From assembly GCA_047601445.1 (NCBI GenBank), contig JASGJH010000001.1, forward strand, positions 7,264,001 through 7,328,000: a stretch of DNA of 64,000 bases. The letters are read 5' to 3'. How positions within the stretch are numbered: position 1 is the first letter of the stretch; each line of letters opens with the position of its first letter. Below, piece after piece: positions 29,288 to 40,118 of the stretch. Made by a program: the position numbers and the translations under genes. The notes beneath the pieces are model-generated. The model saw nothing but the letters and a program-made list of their open reading frames with translations, had not been told where the DNA came from and searched no databases. Source of the DNA: Myxococcales bacterium (GTDB lineage: Bacteria > Myxococcota_A > Polyangia > Polyangiales > DASUME01).

Positions 29288-29317
29288 TCGCGCGCCGAGA
29301 CTGCTAGGATGCGCGCC

Positions 29318-29887
29318 ATGGGCGAAGGCCTTACCCGCTTTGGACTGGCGATCGAACCCGAGCTGCTCGAGCAGCTCGATGCGCTGGCCGAGGCGCGCGG
29401 CTGCACGCGCTCGGAGCTGCTGCGCGATCTCGCCCGCGCCGAGGTGGCCCGCGCCAGCTCCCAGAAGCGCGTGCCCGCCGTGGCCGCGGTGACCCTGGTC
29501 TACAACCACCACGTACGGGAGCTCTCCGAACGCCTGACGTCCATTCAGCACGACCTGGGCGACAAGGTGCGGTCGGCCATGCACGTGCACCTCGATCATG
29601 ACAACTGCATGGAGGTCATCGTGCTACGCGGGCCCTCGGACGAGCTGAAGCACGCCGCTGACCGCATGCTTGGCACCCGTGGCGTGACCCACGGTGGCAT
29701 CGAGATGGTCGACGAGTCGGCGCTAGCCTCCTCACGCAGCCATCGCCACGCCCATGGCGAGCACGCACACGCGCACACTCACGGGCACGCCCACGCGGCA
29801 AGCCCGCGCAGGGGCCAGGCACACGCAGCCACGCCCAAGGGCCGCGCGACCGGGTCCAAGAAACGTTCGCCCAAGCGGCGCGCTTGA
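29318..29887 (+). CDS. nikR: Nickel-responsive regulator NikR with His-rich C-terminal tail
   Basis: RHH N-terminus RFGLAI...RSELLRDL; YNHH, QH and HVHLDHDNCMEV nickel-site motif. Confidence 0.93.
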   Translation: MGEGLTRFGLAIEPELLEQLDALAEARGCTRSELLRDLARAEVARASSQKRVPAVAAVTLVYNHHVRELSERLTSIQHDLGDKVRSAMHVHLDHDNCMEVIVLRGPSDELKHAADRMLGTRGVTHGGIEMVDESALASSRSHRHAHGEHAHAHTHGHAHAASPRRGQAHAATPKGRATGSKKRSPKRRA

Positions 29888-29910
29888 GCTCCTCGTGGCG
29901 CAGCCCGAAC

Positions 29911-30798
29911 CTACGGTGCGATCCGTGACACGGTGCACTCGCCTTCACCCTTGAAATGCCCGATGGTGCGCGCGAGCGAGCCCATGAAAGCACCGAGCGA
30001 CGGCGCATCGAGGCCAGAGGGATCGTAGAGGCGCACGTCGATGGGCGCCGCTTCGAGCTCCGCCAGCGTGATCTCTCCGTCGCCATCCGTGTCCGCTGCG
30101 GCCTTTTCCTCGAAGCGCAACGAGGTCTTGATGGCGGGGTTCGCCGAGGCCATCAGACGGTCGTAGAACAGATGGTCGCCGTGGGTGGTGAGCTCGGCGG
30201 TGTCTTCGCCTCCATTGGTGATCACGATGCCTTCGATGGGCTGTCCGCTCTCGGCCGCCTGCTGACATCCCGAGTACTGCGTGGCTGTCTTGAAGCCCCA
30301 GTGAAAGGTCTTGGTCATCGGCGCCCCGTCCGCACCGAGCTTGGTCGCCGAGCCCTCTACGTACACGGAGTAGCCGTTCTGCACCATCATGTCGCGGTCG
30401 GCCGCATTGCCCGCGACCACCTGCGAGTCCGGCGTGGCCGGCTTGATTTGATAGCTTACGCGATCCCAGTGCTTGGCCTCCACGTAGGCGAAGCTCACCA
30501 GGCCCTTGCGCCCGGGCACCACGTTGTCCACCAGCTTGGAGCCCGCGAAGTGCTCGGCCACTTCTCCACTCGCGTCCGCGATCTCGATCTCGTGAAACAC
30601 CACCAGGAACTTGTCGTAGTGCAGGCTCCAACCGTCGACGAAGCCGCTCTGGCCCGCTGGATCGGCGGGGATGCCATGCTCGATGTAGTCCTCGCCCCAG
30701 GTGGTGAAGCTCGCACGACCCTTGCCCGGATCGTTCCCGCACGCACTCGCTGCGAGAACCGACGCGAGCGCTACCATGTAGCTTCGAACGAACATCAT
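29911..30798 (-). CDS. Lipoprotein, third gene of the TonB-receptor operon
   Basis: Lipobox ASAC; WGEDYIE, THGDHLFYD, DTDGDGEIT and GHFKGEGEC motifs. Confidence 0.85.
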   Translation of the reverse strand: MMFVRSYMVALASVLAASACGNDPGKGRASFTTWGEDYIEHGIPADPAGQSGFVDGWSLHYDKFLVVFHEIEIADASGEVAEHFAGSKLVDNVVPGRKGLVSFAYVEAKHWDRVSYQIKPATPDSQVVAGNAADRDMMVQNGYSVYVEGSATKLGADGAPMTKTFHWGFKTATQYSGCQQAAESGQPIEGIVITNGGEDTAELTTHGDHLFYDRLMASANPAIKTSLRFEEKAAADTDGDGEITLAELEAAPIDVRLYDPSGLDAPSLGAFMGSLARTIGHFKGEGECTVSRIAP

Positions 30799-30812
30799 GC
30801 TTCTCCTGCAAC

Positions 30813-31619
30813 TCAAGGCTGAGCCTGGAAGGTGAACCGATATGCACTCAGTTGCACGAGCCCGAGCGTGAACGCGATGTGGGCAGTCTCGTCGCCCGTA
30901 ATCTGCGTGGGGGCTTCCGGGCTGCCCGGAGCGACGTCGCCGAAGTCTACCAGGTTGAACCACACGTGCGGCTCGATGGTGACGCCTACAGTGCCATCTC
31001 CTTCGACCTGGGCTTCCGCGAAGTCGCAGCCCTCCACCTGGCCCTGCGTGGCTCGTTGTTCGATCTCCGCCAAGTCGACGGCTAGCGCGAAATGTACGGT
31101 CTGCTCGCCTTTGCTGGCCACGCCCTCGGCGACGGCCGCGTGTCCTTGCAACATCGTCAGCGCTGGACCGGCGCTGGGCGCGCCGAACACGAAGCGCGCC
31201 GAGCGATACAGGCCTGTGATGCCCGTTCCGTTGGGGAGCTCCGTGGTGCCTGCGAGCAAGTCTGCCGACCACGCCTCCAGCACTTGACCGAGCGCCGTGC
31301 CTGACGCGTAGTGACCCGGGTGGGCATGCGCCACGGGCAGCACGAACCAGCCTGCGATCTCATCGAGCCAGCTGCGCTCCAGTCCGTGCAGCACGAACGC
31401 CGGCTCGCCTTCGAAGTAGTAGAGCGCCCTCACGCTCACGGCGGCCTTGCTCAGCTTGACTGTCCAACCCGTCTCGATGACGAAGGCTTGCGTGATCTCC
31501 GGCGCGGCCGCGAGCTCGGTGTGCAGCGCGACGGGACGCCCGGTGGTCGATCCATCGAGGCATCCGAGCGCCCCCAGCAGCGGCGTGGCAATGAGCCAGG
31601 TCAGGGGTCGATTCTTCAT
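30813..31619 (-). CDS. Lipoprotein, second gene of the TonB-receptor operon
   Basis: Lipobox ALGC; AHAHPGHY motif; ATGA overlap with receptor stop. Confidence 0.85.
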   Translation of the reverse strand: MKNRPLTWLIATPLLGALGCLDGSTTGRPVALHTELAAAPEITQAFVIETGWTVKLSKAAVSVRALYYFEGEPAFVLHGLERSWLDEIAGWFVLPVAHAHPGHYASGTALGQVLEAWSADLLAGTTELPNGTGITGLYRSARFVFGAPSAGPALTMLQGHAAVAEGVASKGEQTVHFALAVDLAEIEQRATQGQVEGCDFAEAQVEGDGTVGVTIEPHVWFNLVDFGDVAPGSPEAPTQITGDETAHIAFTLGLVQLSAYRFTFQAQP

Positions 31620-33886
31620 AGATACAGCTCCAATGAGACGAACAGCGTGCGCGGCGCGCCCACCGTGACTTGGCGGGTATTCGGGACCATCGGCGCCGCT
31701 TGGCCAGGATCCCAGTTCGAGGCGAACAAGTACTCTCCGTCGTACCAATGCGCGTCGAACAGATTGAAGGCACGAAACAGCACGGCGCCCTCGCCCCAGC
31801 GCAGCCCGGCCTGGGCGTCCACCAGGAAGATGTGGTGCCCGAATTGTCCGTACGGTAGCGGCCGACGCGTCATGTAGGAGCTACCCAGGCCGAACTGGCC
31901 CGTGAGCTTGCGCCGGCGCCACTCGCCGAACACCGGTGTGAGCCCGAGATCCCCGCGCGTTACCAGCTGCGGCGTGTAAGGCACGAGATCTCCAGCCCGG
32001 TGTTCGAGGCTGGTGTTCGGGAAGGAGGCCTTGGTGAAGGTGCCGTTGAGGTTGAGGTGGACCCACGGCAGCGGCGAAAGGCTCGCATCCGCGGTAGCGC
32101 CCACCCGCAGCGTGGCTGGCACGCGCTCGTTGCGCACAGTGGTTTGATCGAACACCAGGTCGTCGCTCAGCGCGGTGCGAAAGCCCGCCATGGACGCCTG
32201 CAGGTATGGATTTGCATAGCGTAGTCCGGCCTCGAAGGAGACCACGCGTGTGAATGGAGTGGCCTCGGACTCGGCCAAGCTGCGCACCTGGGGCGAGCGA
32301 AAGCCCTCGCCGTAGCTGGCCAGCGCCGCGAGCCCGCGGAACAGGCGGACCTCCAGACTGGCCTTCTTCCCGAAGTGGGTGCCCATGGACGAGCGCGCTG
32401 CGCCCGCCGCCTTGTCGGCAAGATCCTCGGCGCCGTAGAAGAGGCCGTCGAAGCGCACGCCACCGTGCAAGGTAACGCGCGAGAACGGATGCAGCGCGGC
32501 ATCGAAGTAGCCCGCCACGTCGCTGGCGCGCACGCGGGCATGAACGAGCTCGGCGGTGACCGATTGGTCGGCCGTGGCGAGCCGCCTCTGGGACTGCTCG
32601 ATCCAGTCGCTACGCATGGAGACGCCGACCTCGAGCGTGTCGCGCTCCGAGAAGATGCGCTGTCGCAGGCGATAGAAGGCGGTGCCACCCAGCACCATGT
32701 CGTCGTTGAGCTGTTGCTGCGAGTCGCCGCTCGGGTCCTCGAGATAGCCCGTGAAGTTCTGACGCAGACGCAGCGTGCGCAGCACGAAGTAAGGCGCCAC
32801 CGAGAACTCGGAGTCGTGCCCCTCGCGCTTGACCTCCGCCACGATCTGGGAGCGCGTCGAGGCGCCGCCCTGGTTCGGGTCGTAGGTCGCGAAGCGCGAG
32901 CGCGCTCCCGATTGAATGTCTTCGAGGCGCAGCACCCCCGCCGAGTCGAAGTGCCCAGCGTAGGTGGTCAGCAGGACACGCGCTTCGATGTCGTGGTCGA
33001 GCCGCATGCTGCCCTGCGCGATGGCCGAGGCGCGCTGCGCCGCGCGCGAAGGGCCAAAGCCATCCGTGGTGTACACCTCGCCCGCGGCGAACGTCTTCTC
33101 GTTGCTGCCCTTGGGCCGATAGCCGAGGAAATAGCGCTGGGTGCCGAAGGAGCCGTAGCCGGCCTTGGCGCTGATGCCCTCCTCCTCGTAGCCGAGGTCG
33201 AGGCGCACCGTGCCCGCCACGGCGAAGTCGCCCTGGCGCGGGTCGTAGGTGCCCGGCGTGGCTCGCAAGGTCTGCACCACCTCGGGCATCACGAAGTTCA
33301 GATCGGCGTAGCCCTGGCCGTGCACGTTCGACACGTCGTTCACGGGCGCTCCGCCCACCCAGAGCTCGAGATCCTGCCCATGCACGGCGTCGAAGCCGCG
33401 ATAGAAGATCTGGTAAGCCTTGCCTTCGCCGCTGTGCTGCGTGAGGAACAGGCCAGGCACCGTGACCAACATGTCCGCTGCCGTGCGATGGGGCGCGGCG
33501 AGCAAGGTCTCGCGCTTGCGCGTGACGTCGGAGGCCGCGTGGACCTCCGGGCGAGTGGGCAGCGACCTGACGGTGACCTCGAGGGGGGCGATGGGTCGAG
33601 CAGACTCGAGTGAGCCTTCGAGCGTGGGGTTGCTGGTGACGTCCGCGCCAGCGGCTCGGATCTGGCTTGGGGCGCCTGCGTCGTGCTCGGCGGCGAACGG
33701 CGCTGGTGCATCGAGCTGCTCGCCGAGGGCCGGTGCGAACCCAGCGTCTTGGCGTGATTCCTCGAGGCTCGGCGGTGATTCTTCCACCGCAGCGTCCGCG
33801 AGCTCCTGGGCGTGCACACGCTCCCGGGGCGACAGCAGCAGCAACGTGCACCCCAAGCTCGCGCAAACCAAGGTCAGGCCATTCAC
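31616..33886 (-). CDS. TonB-dependent receptor (probable Ni/Co/metal uptake)
   Basis: Plug motifs QHSGEGKA.QIFYRGFDAVHG and HGQGYADLNF; C-terminal NLFD...GAPRT; GGAGA RBS before GTG 33886. Confidence 0.92.
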   Translation of the reverse strand: MNGLTLVCASLGCTLLLLSPRERVHAQELADAAVEESPPSLEESRQDAGFAPALGEQLDAPAPFAAEHDAGAPSQIRAAGADVTSNPTLEGSLESARPIAPLEVTVRSLPTRPEVHAASDVTRKRETLLAAPHRTAADMLVTVPGLFLTQHSGEGKAYQIFYRGFDAVHGQDLELWVGGAPVNDVSNVHGQGYADLNFVMPEVVQTLRATPGTYDPRQGDFAVAGTVRLDLGYEEEGISAKAGYGSFGTQRYFLGYRPKGSNEKTFAAGEVYTTDGFGPSRAAQRASAIAQGSMRLDHDIEARVLLTTYAGHFDSAGVLRLEDIQSGARSRFATYDPNQGGASTRSQIVAEVKREGHDSEFSVAPYFVLRTLRLRQNFTGYLEDPSGDSQQQLNDDMVLGGTAFYRLRQRIFSERDTLEVGVSMRSDWIEQSQRRLATADQSVTAELVHARVRASDVAGYFDAALHPFSRVTLHGGVRFDGLFYGAEDLADKAAGAARSSMGTHFGKKASLEVRLFRGLAALASYGEGFRSPQVRSLAESEATPFTRVVSFEAGLRYANPYLQASMAGFRTALSDDLVFDQTTVRNERVPATLRVGATADASLSPLPWVHLNLNGTFTKASFPNTSLEHRAGDLVPYTPQLVTRGDLGLTPVFGEWRRRKLTGQFGLGSSYMTRRPLPYGQFGHHIFLVDAQAGLRWGEGAVLFRAFNLFDAHWYDGEYLFASNWDPGQAAPMVPNTRQVTVGAPRTLFVSLELYL

Positions 33887-33950
33887 GGTGTCTCCGTGCG
33901 ACTCACGAGCGGTCACGAGCGGACCGCGCCGCGGCATTTCGGCGGATGCA

Positions 33951-33978
33951 GTAGCACGATCCTGGAGATTGGTGCTAC
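33951..33978. promoter_or_regulatory. Putative NikR operator GTAGCAC-N14-GTGCTAC
   Basis: Perfect inverted repeat with 6-16-6 geometry like the E. coli NikR site GTATGA-N16-TCATAC; 65 bp upstream of the receptor start; nikR adjacent. Confidence 0.75.
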
Positions 33979-34397
33979 GCGAGCAAGTGACAGCAGGGTG
34001 CCAATCTAGCGCTTCACGCGGCATCGGAGCGACGAATGAGTCGGCGCGAATCCAAGCCGCCCAAGAGGTGCAGCGCTCGAGAAATCGGCTGGACGCACGA
34101 CCTCGATCGCGGTGGGCGTCGACGCGTTGTTCGGTATCGAGTGCACCCTCGTCATCGAACGCGCGGAGCAGGCACAGGTGGGCCCGGGCCTCATGGCGCA
34201 TCGCGCGTGCCGGCCTTCGGCACCATCGCGAGCGAAAATGTCGCATGCGGTCCTACACAGCGGGTCGCGTTCTGGCCCGCGTGCGGGATGCGGTCTGAGC
34301 GCGGGCTAACAACCCGCGCCGTTGTTCCCCCGGTGCTGCAAGTCGAATTGCGTATGATGGACTGGCCGTTCCGAGCCAGGAGCTAGCCTCTCCCTTC

Positions 34398-37300
34398 ATG
34401 CACACGTCCGAGCCGCCGTCCCTGGGGAGCGTTCCCCCGCCAGCCATGAGGCCGGTGCCGCTCGTTCCTTCCCAGGTCATCGCCGATCGCTACGAGGTGC
34501 GCGGCGAGCTGGCGCGCGGCGGGATGGGCATCGTGTATCGCGTCGAGGACCGGCTCACCGGCGAGCAACGAGCGCTCAAGCGCGTGAAGTCGGGTGGCGA
34601 GCGGGACGCGTTTCTGATGGAGGCCCTCGAGCGCGAGTACCAGGTGTTGGCAGGGCTCGCGCACCCGAGGATCATTCGTGTGTTCGACTTCGGACGGGTG
34701 GAGGCGAGCGGGGCGCCTCGAGAGCACGCCCAGGAGGTCGGGCCCTACTACGTGATGGAGCTTCTCGAAGGCGAGGATCTGCGCTCGGCTGCGCCGCTTC
34801 CTTATCGCGAGGCCTGTCTCTATCTGCGTGACGTCGCCACGTCCCTGTCCCTGCTGCACGCCCGTCGCTTGCTGCATCGCGATCTGAGCCCCAACAACGT
34901 GCGAAAGACGCCCGACGGCCACTGCAAGCTGTTCGACTTCGGCGCCCTGCACGCGTTTGGTCACGCCGCGGTGACCGTGGGGACACCCCCTGCCATTCCC
35001 CCCGAGGCCCTGCGCGGAGCGGCGCTCGACCAGCGCGCCGACCTCTATGCGCTCGGCGCGCTCGCCTACTGGATGCTCACCGGGGAGCACGCCTATCCGG
35101 CCGAGCGACTCGATGATCTGCCCAGCGAGTGGGAGCGCACCATCGCGCCGCCGTCCTCAAAAGCGGACGACGTGCCCAGGGAGCTGGACGCTCTCGTGTT
35201 GGCCCTACTGAGCCACGACGCCCTGGCCCGTCCCGCGAGCGCAGGCGAGGTCATTGCGCGGCTCAATCGCATCGCAGAGCTCCCGTCGGTCGAAGCCGAG
35301 GAGGCAGAGAGTCTCGCCCAGAGCTTTCTCCGCAATCCGCCCTTCGTGGGGCGCGAAGAGGAACTCGAGAGCATCGCGCGCGCCGTGCAGGGCGCGCTCG
35401 CCGGCCACGGGCAAGCGCTGCGCATCGAGGCCCCCTCGGGGGCCGGCCGTACTCGTCTGCTCGAGGAAGCGGGGATGCGCGCGCGACTCGCCGGTATCAA
35501 CGTGCTTCGCGTCGACGCGAGCACGGCGCCCGAGCCCTACGGCGTCGTGCGGGCGGTGCTGCTGCGCTCGTTCGAGGCGCGCCCGGCGGCGATGAGTCAG
35601 CTGAGTGAGCAGCATCGTCGTGCGCTGAGCGTCCTCGGATCGGAACTCCAGGTGCGCCTGCCGCCGGGTGCGCGGCTGGGCAAGTCGGAGCGGGCGCCCG
35701 CCGCCGAGGAGCCGAGAAGCTCCAACCCGACGCACTCGCTCGAGAGCATGTTGGTCGAGCTGAGTCGCGAGTGGCCCTTCCTGTTGGCGATCGACAACGT
35801 GGAGGACGCGGACGGCGCGAGCCTCGCCGTGTTGACCGCCCTGGCCAAGCGAGCGAGTCAGTCCTCCCTCTGTTTGATCACCTGCGAAGGCATGCGTCGG
35901 CGCGCCCAGCACACCGTGGGCCTGGCCGCGCTGCAAGCTCAATCCGTGAATTTGCGTCTGAGTGGCTTGACCACGCTGGAGACGCTCGCTCTCGCGCGTT
36001 CCTTGTTCGGGGACGCGGCCAACGTGGAGCGTTTCGCCGAATGGCTGCACGACAGCACCGCCGGCAGCCCCTTGCATTGCCTCGAGACCACACGCCAGCT
36101 CCTGATGCGGGGAGTCGTGCGTCACTTGGACGGCCTCTGGGTCCTCCCGGTGGATCGCCCCAATGCCGAGCTCTCGGCCGACCTCGAAGAGGCTCTGTCG
36201 GTTCGACTCGCGGGCCTGAGTCAGGAAGCGCGTAGCTTGGCCGAGTGTCTCGCGCTGCAGCGGCAGGCGCCCTCGTTCGGTCTGTGCATGCTGCTCTGTG
36301 CGCCCGCCTCCGATGCGCAGGTGCGCGATTTTTTGCAGGAGCTCGCGCGGCTCGACGTGCTGCACGCCGACTACGGTAGCTATCGCTTCAGCAGCCTGGC
36401 GATTCGCGAAGCGCTGCTGGCGCACATCGAACAGGAACGCTTGGCACAGCATCATCGCAAGCTCGGCGAAGCCTTCCTCCAACTCGCGCCCGGTAAAGGC
36501 ACCGCAGCCGAGGGGTCCGCGCGCGAGCAGTACGACGAGGGAATCGTGCGCATGGAGGCTGGCCTTCACCTGATCGAGGGCGGTGATGACCTGCGTGGCG
36601 CGGACCTGATCGCGGACGTGATCTCCGATAGCTTCAACGTGCGCACCCTGTTCGCCAACCTGTATCGCGCGGGGCGCCCCTCCGAGGCCGCTTTGCGGGT
36701 CTACAAGTACCACCGACGCTCGCCCTACGAGCGCATGCCGCTGCTCGCCTCGCTTTGCCATGCCAGCTACTACGAAGATCGTCGTTGGGGCGAACGCTAC
36801 GGCGACGAGGCCCTGGACGTATTGGAGGGCGTCTCGGGTTTGCAGACTGCGCGTCGCTTGCAGCCTGTGTTCGGCAAGCACTTGGGGTTGGTGCTAGCCC
36901 TGGCCATCGCCTGGTTGCGCTTCTTGCTCACGCCCAAGAGCGAGCTTCGCTATGGCTTTCGCGAGGTCATGGTGCAGCTCTCGTCCAGTGTGACCTCCCT
37001 CGCCGGCACCGCGGCCATCTCTCTGGACGCTGCACGCGCGGAGCGCATCGCCAATGTGCTCGAGCCGTTCTCCGCGCTCCCAGCGCGAGCGGCACCGCGC
37101 GGCATCTACGAGTTCTGCCAGGGCCTCGCGCTGATCGGGCGCGAGCACCCAGGCGCCGCGGTGGCCAAGTTGGAGCAAAGCTTGGCGCGCTTTCAAACCT
37201 CCAGCTACTACCGCTCGCTACCCGTCGACGGACGTCTCTTGATGACCGCAGCCGTTCACTTCGCCAGTGGAAGCCTGTCGACCTTTCGGGCCGACAGCAG

Positions 37301-38222
37301 AGGGGTGCTCGAGAGCGCTCGCGCGCTGGAGGCTTCGGGGTACAAGTTGTACGCCCTGGTGGCGAGCCAGCTTCGCTTCCTCTATCACATGAATCGTGGC
37401 GAGTTCACGGACGCAGCCATCCACAGCGAGCAGGTGGAGTTGCACGCGGCTTTGGTCGGGAGTGCCTGGCAGGTGGAGGTTTGGGAGTCCGCTGCGCTGG
37501 CGATGTTGTTCTCGCAGGTGGGCGACGTGATCGGGCTGACGAGAGTGCAGCAGCGCCTGGCCGTCGCGTGTCAGACCGTGCCCTCGTTGCGACCGTACCT
37601 GCGACTGACCAGCGATACACTGGAAGCGCTGCAGAGCCAGAGGTTCGATGATGATCCACAGTCGAGCAGCTCGCGCGCCAGGCAAGTGCTGCATACCTCG
37701 ATCGCCTGGTCCGCCTACCCGAGTTCGATCGCTCGCGTGCTGAACCACGCGGGGCGCCACCTGGACGCCAAGCTGGCTTGTGAGCAGGTAATGGCGCAAC
37801 TGGGAGCGCAGGACGCCGACTACGTGAGCCTCTTTCTACCGATCTGGATCGAGCACGCTCTCGCACGAGCTGGACTCGGCGAGACGCAGGCTGCGCGAGA
37901 AGAGCTCGAGGCCCTGATCGCGCGCTTCTCGCCCAGCGGGCACCCACTGGCACTGGGCCTCGTACACGAAGCGCTCGCGCGCGTCGCGTTGGCAGTCGGT
38001 GACCGGGAGCTCTTCGAACGTAACCTGCTGACCATGGAACAGGTCTTCCGCCCGACCCAGAATCCAGCGCTGATCGCCCGATGTGAACGCCTTGCCGCCT
38101 CCGCTAGTGCATTCGGTGAGGGCCTCCTGCTGCCTCGACCTGGCGCGCGCATCGACAGCGACACCAGCGGCAAGCGAGGGAGTGACGCGAAGACGGTGCG
38201 CGCACAACGCACCCGCAACTAG
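34398..38222 (+). CDS. Ser/Thr protein kinase fused to AAA-type ATPase and helical/TPR-like domains
   Basis: ARGGMG, ALK, HRDLSPNN, DFG, ADLYALG; FVGREEE, APSGAGRT, LAIDN, TAGSPL. Confidence 0.92.
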   Translation: MHTSEPPSLGSVPPPAMRPVPLVPSQVIADRYEVRGELARGGMGIVYRVEDRLTGEQRALKRVKSGGERDAFLMEALEREYQVLAGLAHPRIIRVFDFGRVEASGAPREHAQEVGPYYVMELLEGEDLRSAAPLPYREACLYLRDVATSLSLLHARRLLHRDLSPNNVRKTPDGHCKLFDFGALHAFGHAAVTVGTPPAIPPEALRGAALDQRADLYALGALAYWMLTGEHAYPAERLDDLPSEWERTIAPPSSKADDVPRELDALVLALLSHDALARPASAGEVIARLNRIAELPSVEAEEAESLAQSFLRNPPFVGREEELESIARAVQGALAGHGQALRIEAPSGAGRTRLLEEAGMRARLAGINVLRVDASTAPEPYGVVRAVLLRSFEARPAAMSQLSEQHRRALSVLGSELQVRLPPGARLGKSERAPAAEEPRSSNPTHSLESMLVELSREWPFLLAIDNVEDADGASLAVLTALAKRASQSSLCLITCEGMRRRAQHTVGLAALQAQSVNLRLSGLTTLETLALARSLFGDAANVERFAEWLHDSTAGSPLHCLETTRQLLMRGVVRHLDGLWVLPVDRPNAELSADLEEALSVRLAGLSQEARSLAECLALQRQAPSFGLCMLLCAPASDAQVRDFLQELARLDVLHADYGSYRFSSLAIREALLAHIEQERLAQHHRKLGEAFLQLAPGKGTAAEGSAREQYDEGIVRMEAGLHLIEGGDDLRGADLIADVISDSFNVRTLFANLYRAGRPSEAALRVYKYHRRSPYERMPLLASLCHASYYEDRRWGERYGDEALDVLEGVSGLQTARRLQPVFGKHLGLVLALAIAWLRFLLTPKSELRYGFREVMVQLSSSVTSLAGTAAISLDAARAERIANVLEPFSALPARAAPRGIYEFCQGLALIGREHPGAAVAKLEQSLARFQTSSYYRSLPVDGRLLMTAAVHFASGSLSTFRADSRGVLESARALEASGYKLYALVASQLRFLYHMNRGEFTDAAIHSEQVELHAALVGSAWQVEVWESAALAMLFSQVGDVIGLTRVQQRLAVACQTVPSLRPYLRLTSDTLEALQSQRFDDDPQSSSSRARQVLHTSIAWSAYPSSIARVLNHAGRHLDAKLACEQVMAQLGAQDADYVSLFLPIWIEHALARAGLGETQAAREELEALIARFSPSGHPLALGLVHEALARVALAVGDRELFERNLLTMEQVFRPTQNPALIARCERLAASASAFGEGLLLPRPGARIDSDTSGKRGSDAKTVRAQRTRN

Positions 38223-38277
38223 TGATCCTGATGTAGCGGCGCCACCTCTCGTGAAGGTGTTCGACACCGCCCGAGGC

Positions 38278-38385
38278 TCACGGATCGATGAGTTTCGTGA
38301 GCATGACGACGATTCGTCCGAGCAAGTCGACGCCGCGCTCGCACAACTCGCTCTCGACCAGCTCGTCGACCTCCATCACGTCGAG
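38278..38385 (-). pseudogene. C-terminal remnant of a four-helix-bundle (IVP-like) protein gene
   Basis: LDVMEVDELVESELCERGVDLLGRIVVMLTKLIDP* resembles the family C-terminus; N-terminal part absent. Confidence 0.6.
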
Positions 38386-38585
38386 GTATCGGTCGCCACC
38401 CTCGCAGGTTGCCTGCTCGTTTACGGGCGTGGATCACGGCCATGGCATCGTTCCCGCTCACGAGCGCGGCCACGGCCCCGGGCGCGATCCGGTCGACGCC
38501 TACGGCCACGGCAATCGTCGAGGCGTATCGCATCACAGGTTTCGAGCGCCCGTTCTTGAGTAGCAGGCGGATAACACTGGCTCGG

Positions 38586-39623
<1,038 letters not shown>

Positions 39624-40022
39624 GCCGGAGCGCCGAGCATATCAACTTCTGTCACGAATCGAGCTGTTTTTGCCGGCTCGCTATGACACCGTGTTGCACG
39701 CGCGCGTCCCGAATTGCCGTCTTGGAACGGTGCGGCGCGCACACGGCGAGCGCCAAATCTAGGTAGTTGCTCGCGTGTGCAGCACCGGGCCGCGCTCGCG
39801 TCGTGGCTGGAAATGCGCGCGGTCGCGATCGCGCAAAGCGGGTAGAGCCGCGTCAAAGTGACACGTTTCGAGGTTCGAGGGCCCTCGAGTGGGGATTGAG
39901 TACGCGTAAACGCGGGCTCTTGCTCCTGCAAGCACCGTCACAAGGACACTTCGCGTCCTCACTGCGCACGACGCGCGATCGCGACTCGAGCGTTTGAAGG
40001 CGAATCGTCGCGATGCACGGGC

Positions 40023-40039
40023 TTGGCCCTCTGCTTGCA
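40023..40039 (+). promoter_or_regulatory. Sigma54 -24/-12 promoter for the roadblock-like gene
   Basis: TTGGCCCTCTGCTTGCA = TGGC-N7-TTGCA (GG-N10-GC), 80 bp before the start. Confidence 0.75.
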
Positions 40040-40118
40040 CATGGAGAGCTCGAGGACCACCCAGCGCGTATCGAGGGAGGTCATGGCTCGACAACGGTTG
40101 AACACGGAGGGATACAGC

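Noticed and set aside
33890..34390. Cobalamin riboswitch upstream of the TonB receptor
   Set aside because: No B12-box or GGGAA...GCCACTG core seen; the NikR-type palindrome explains the region better
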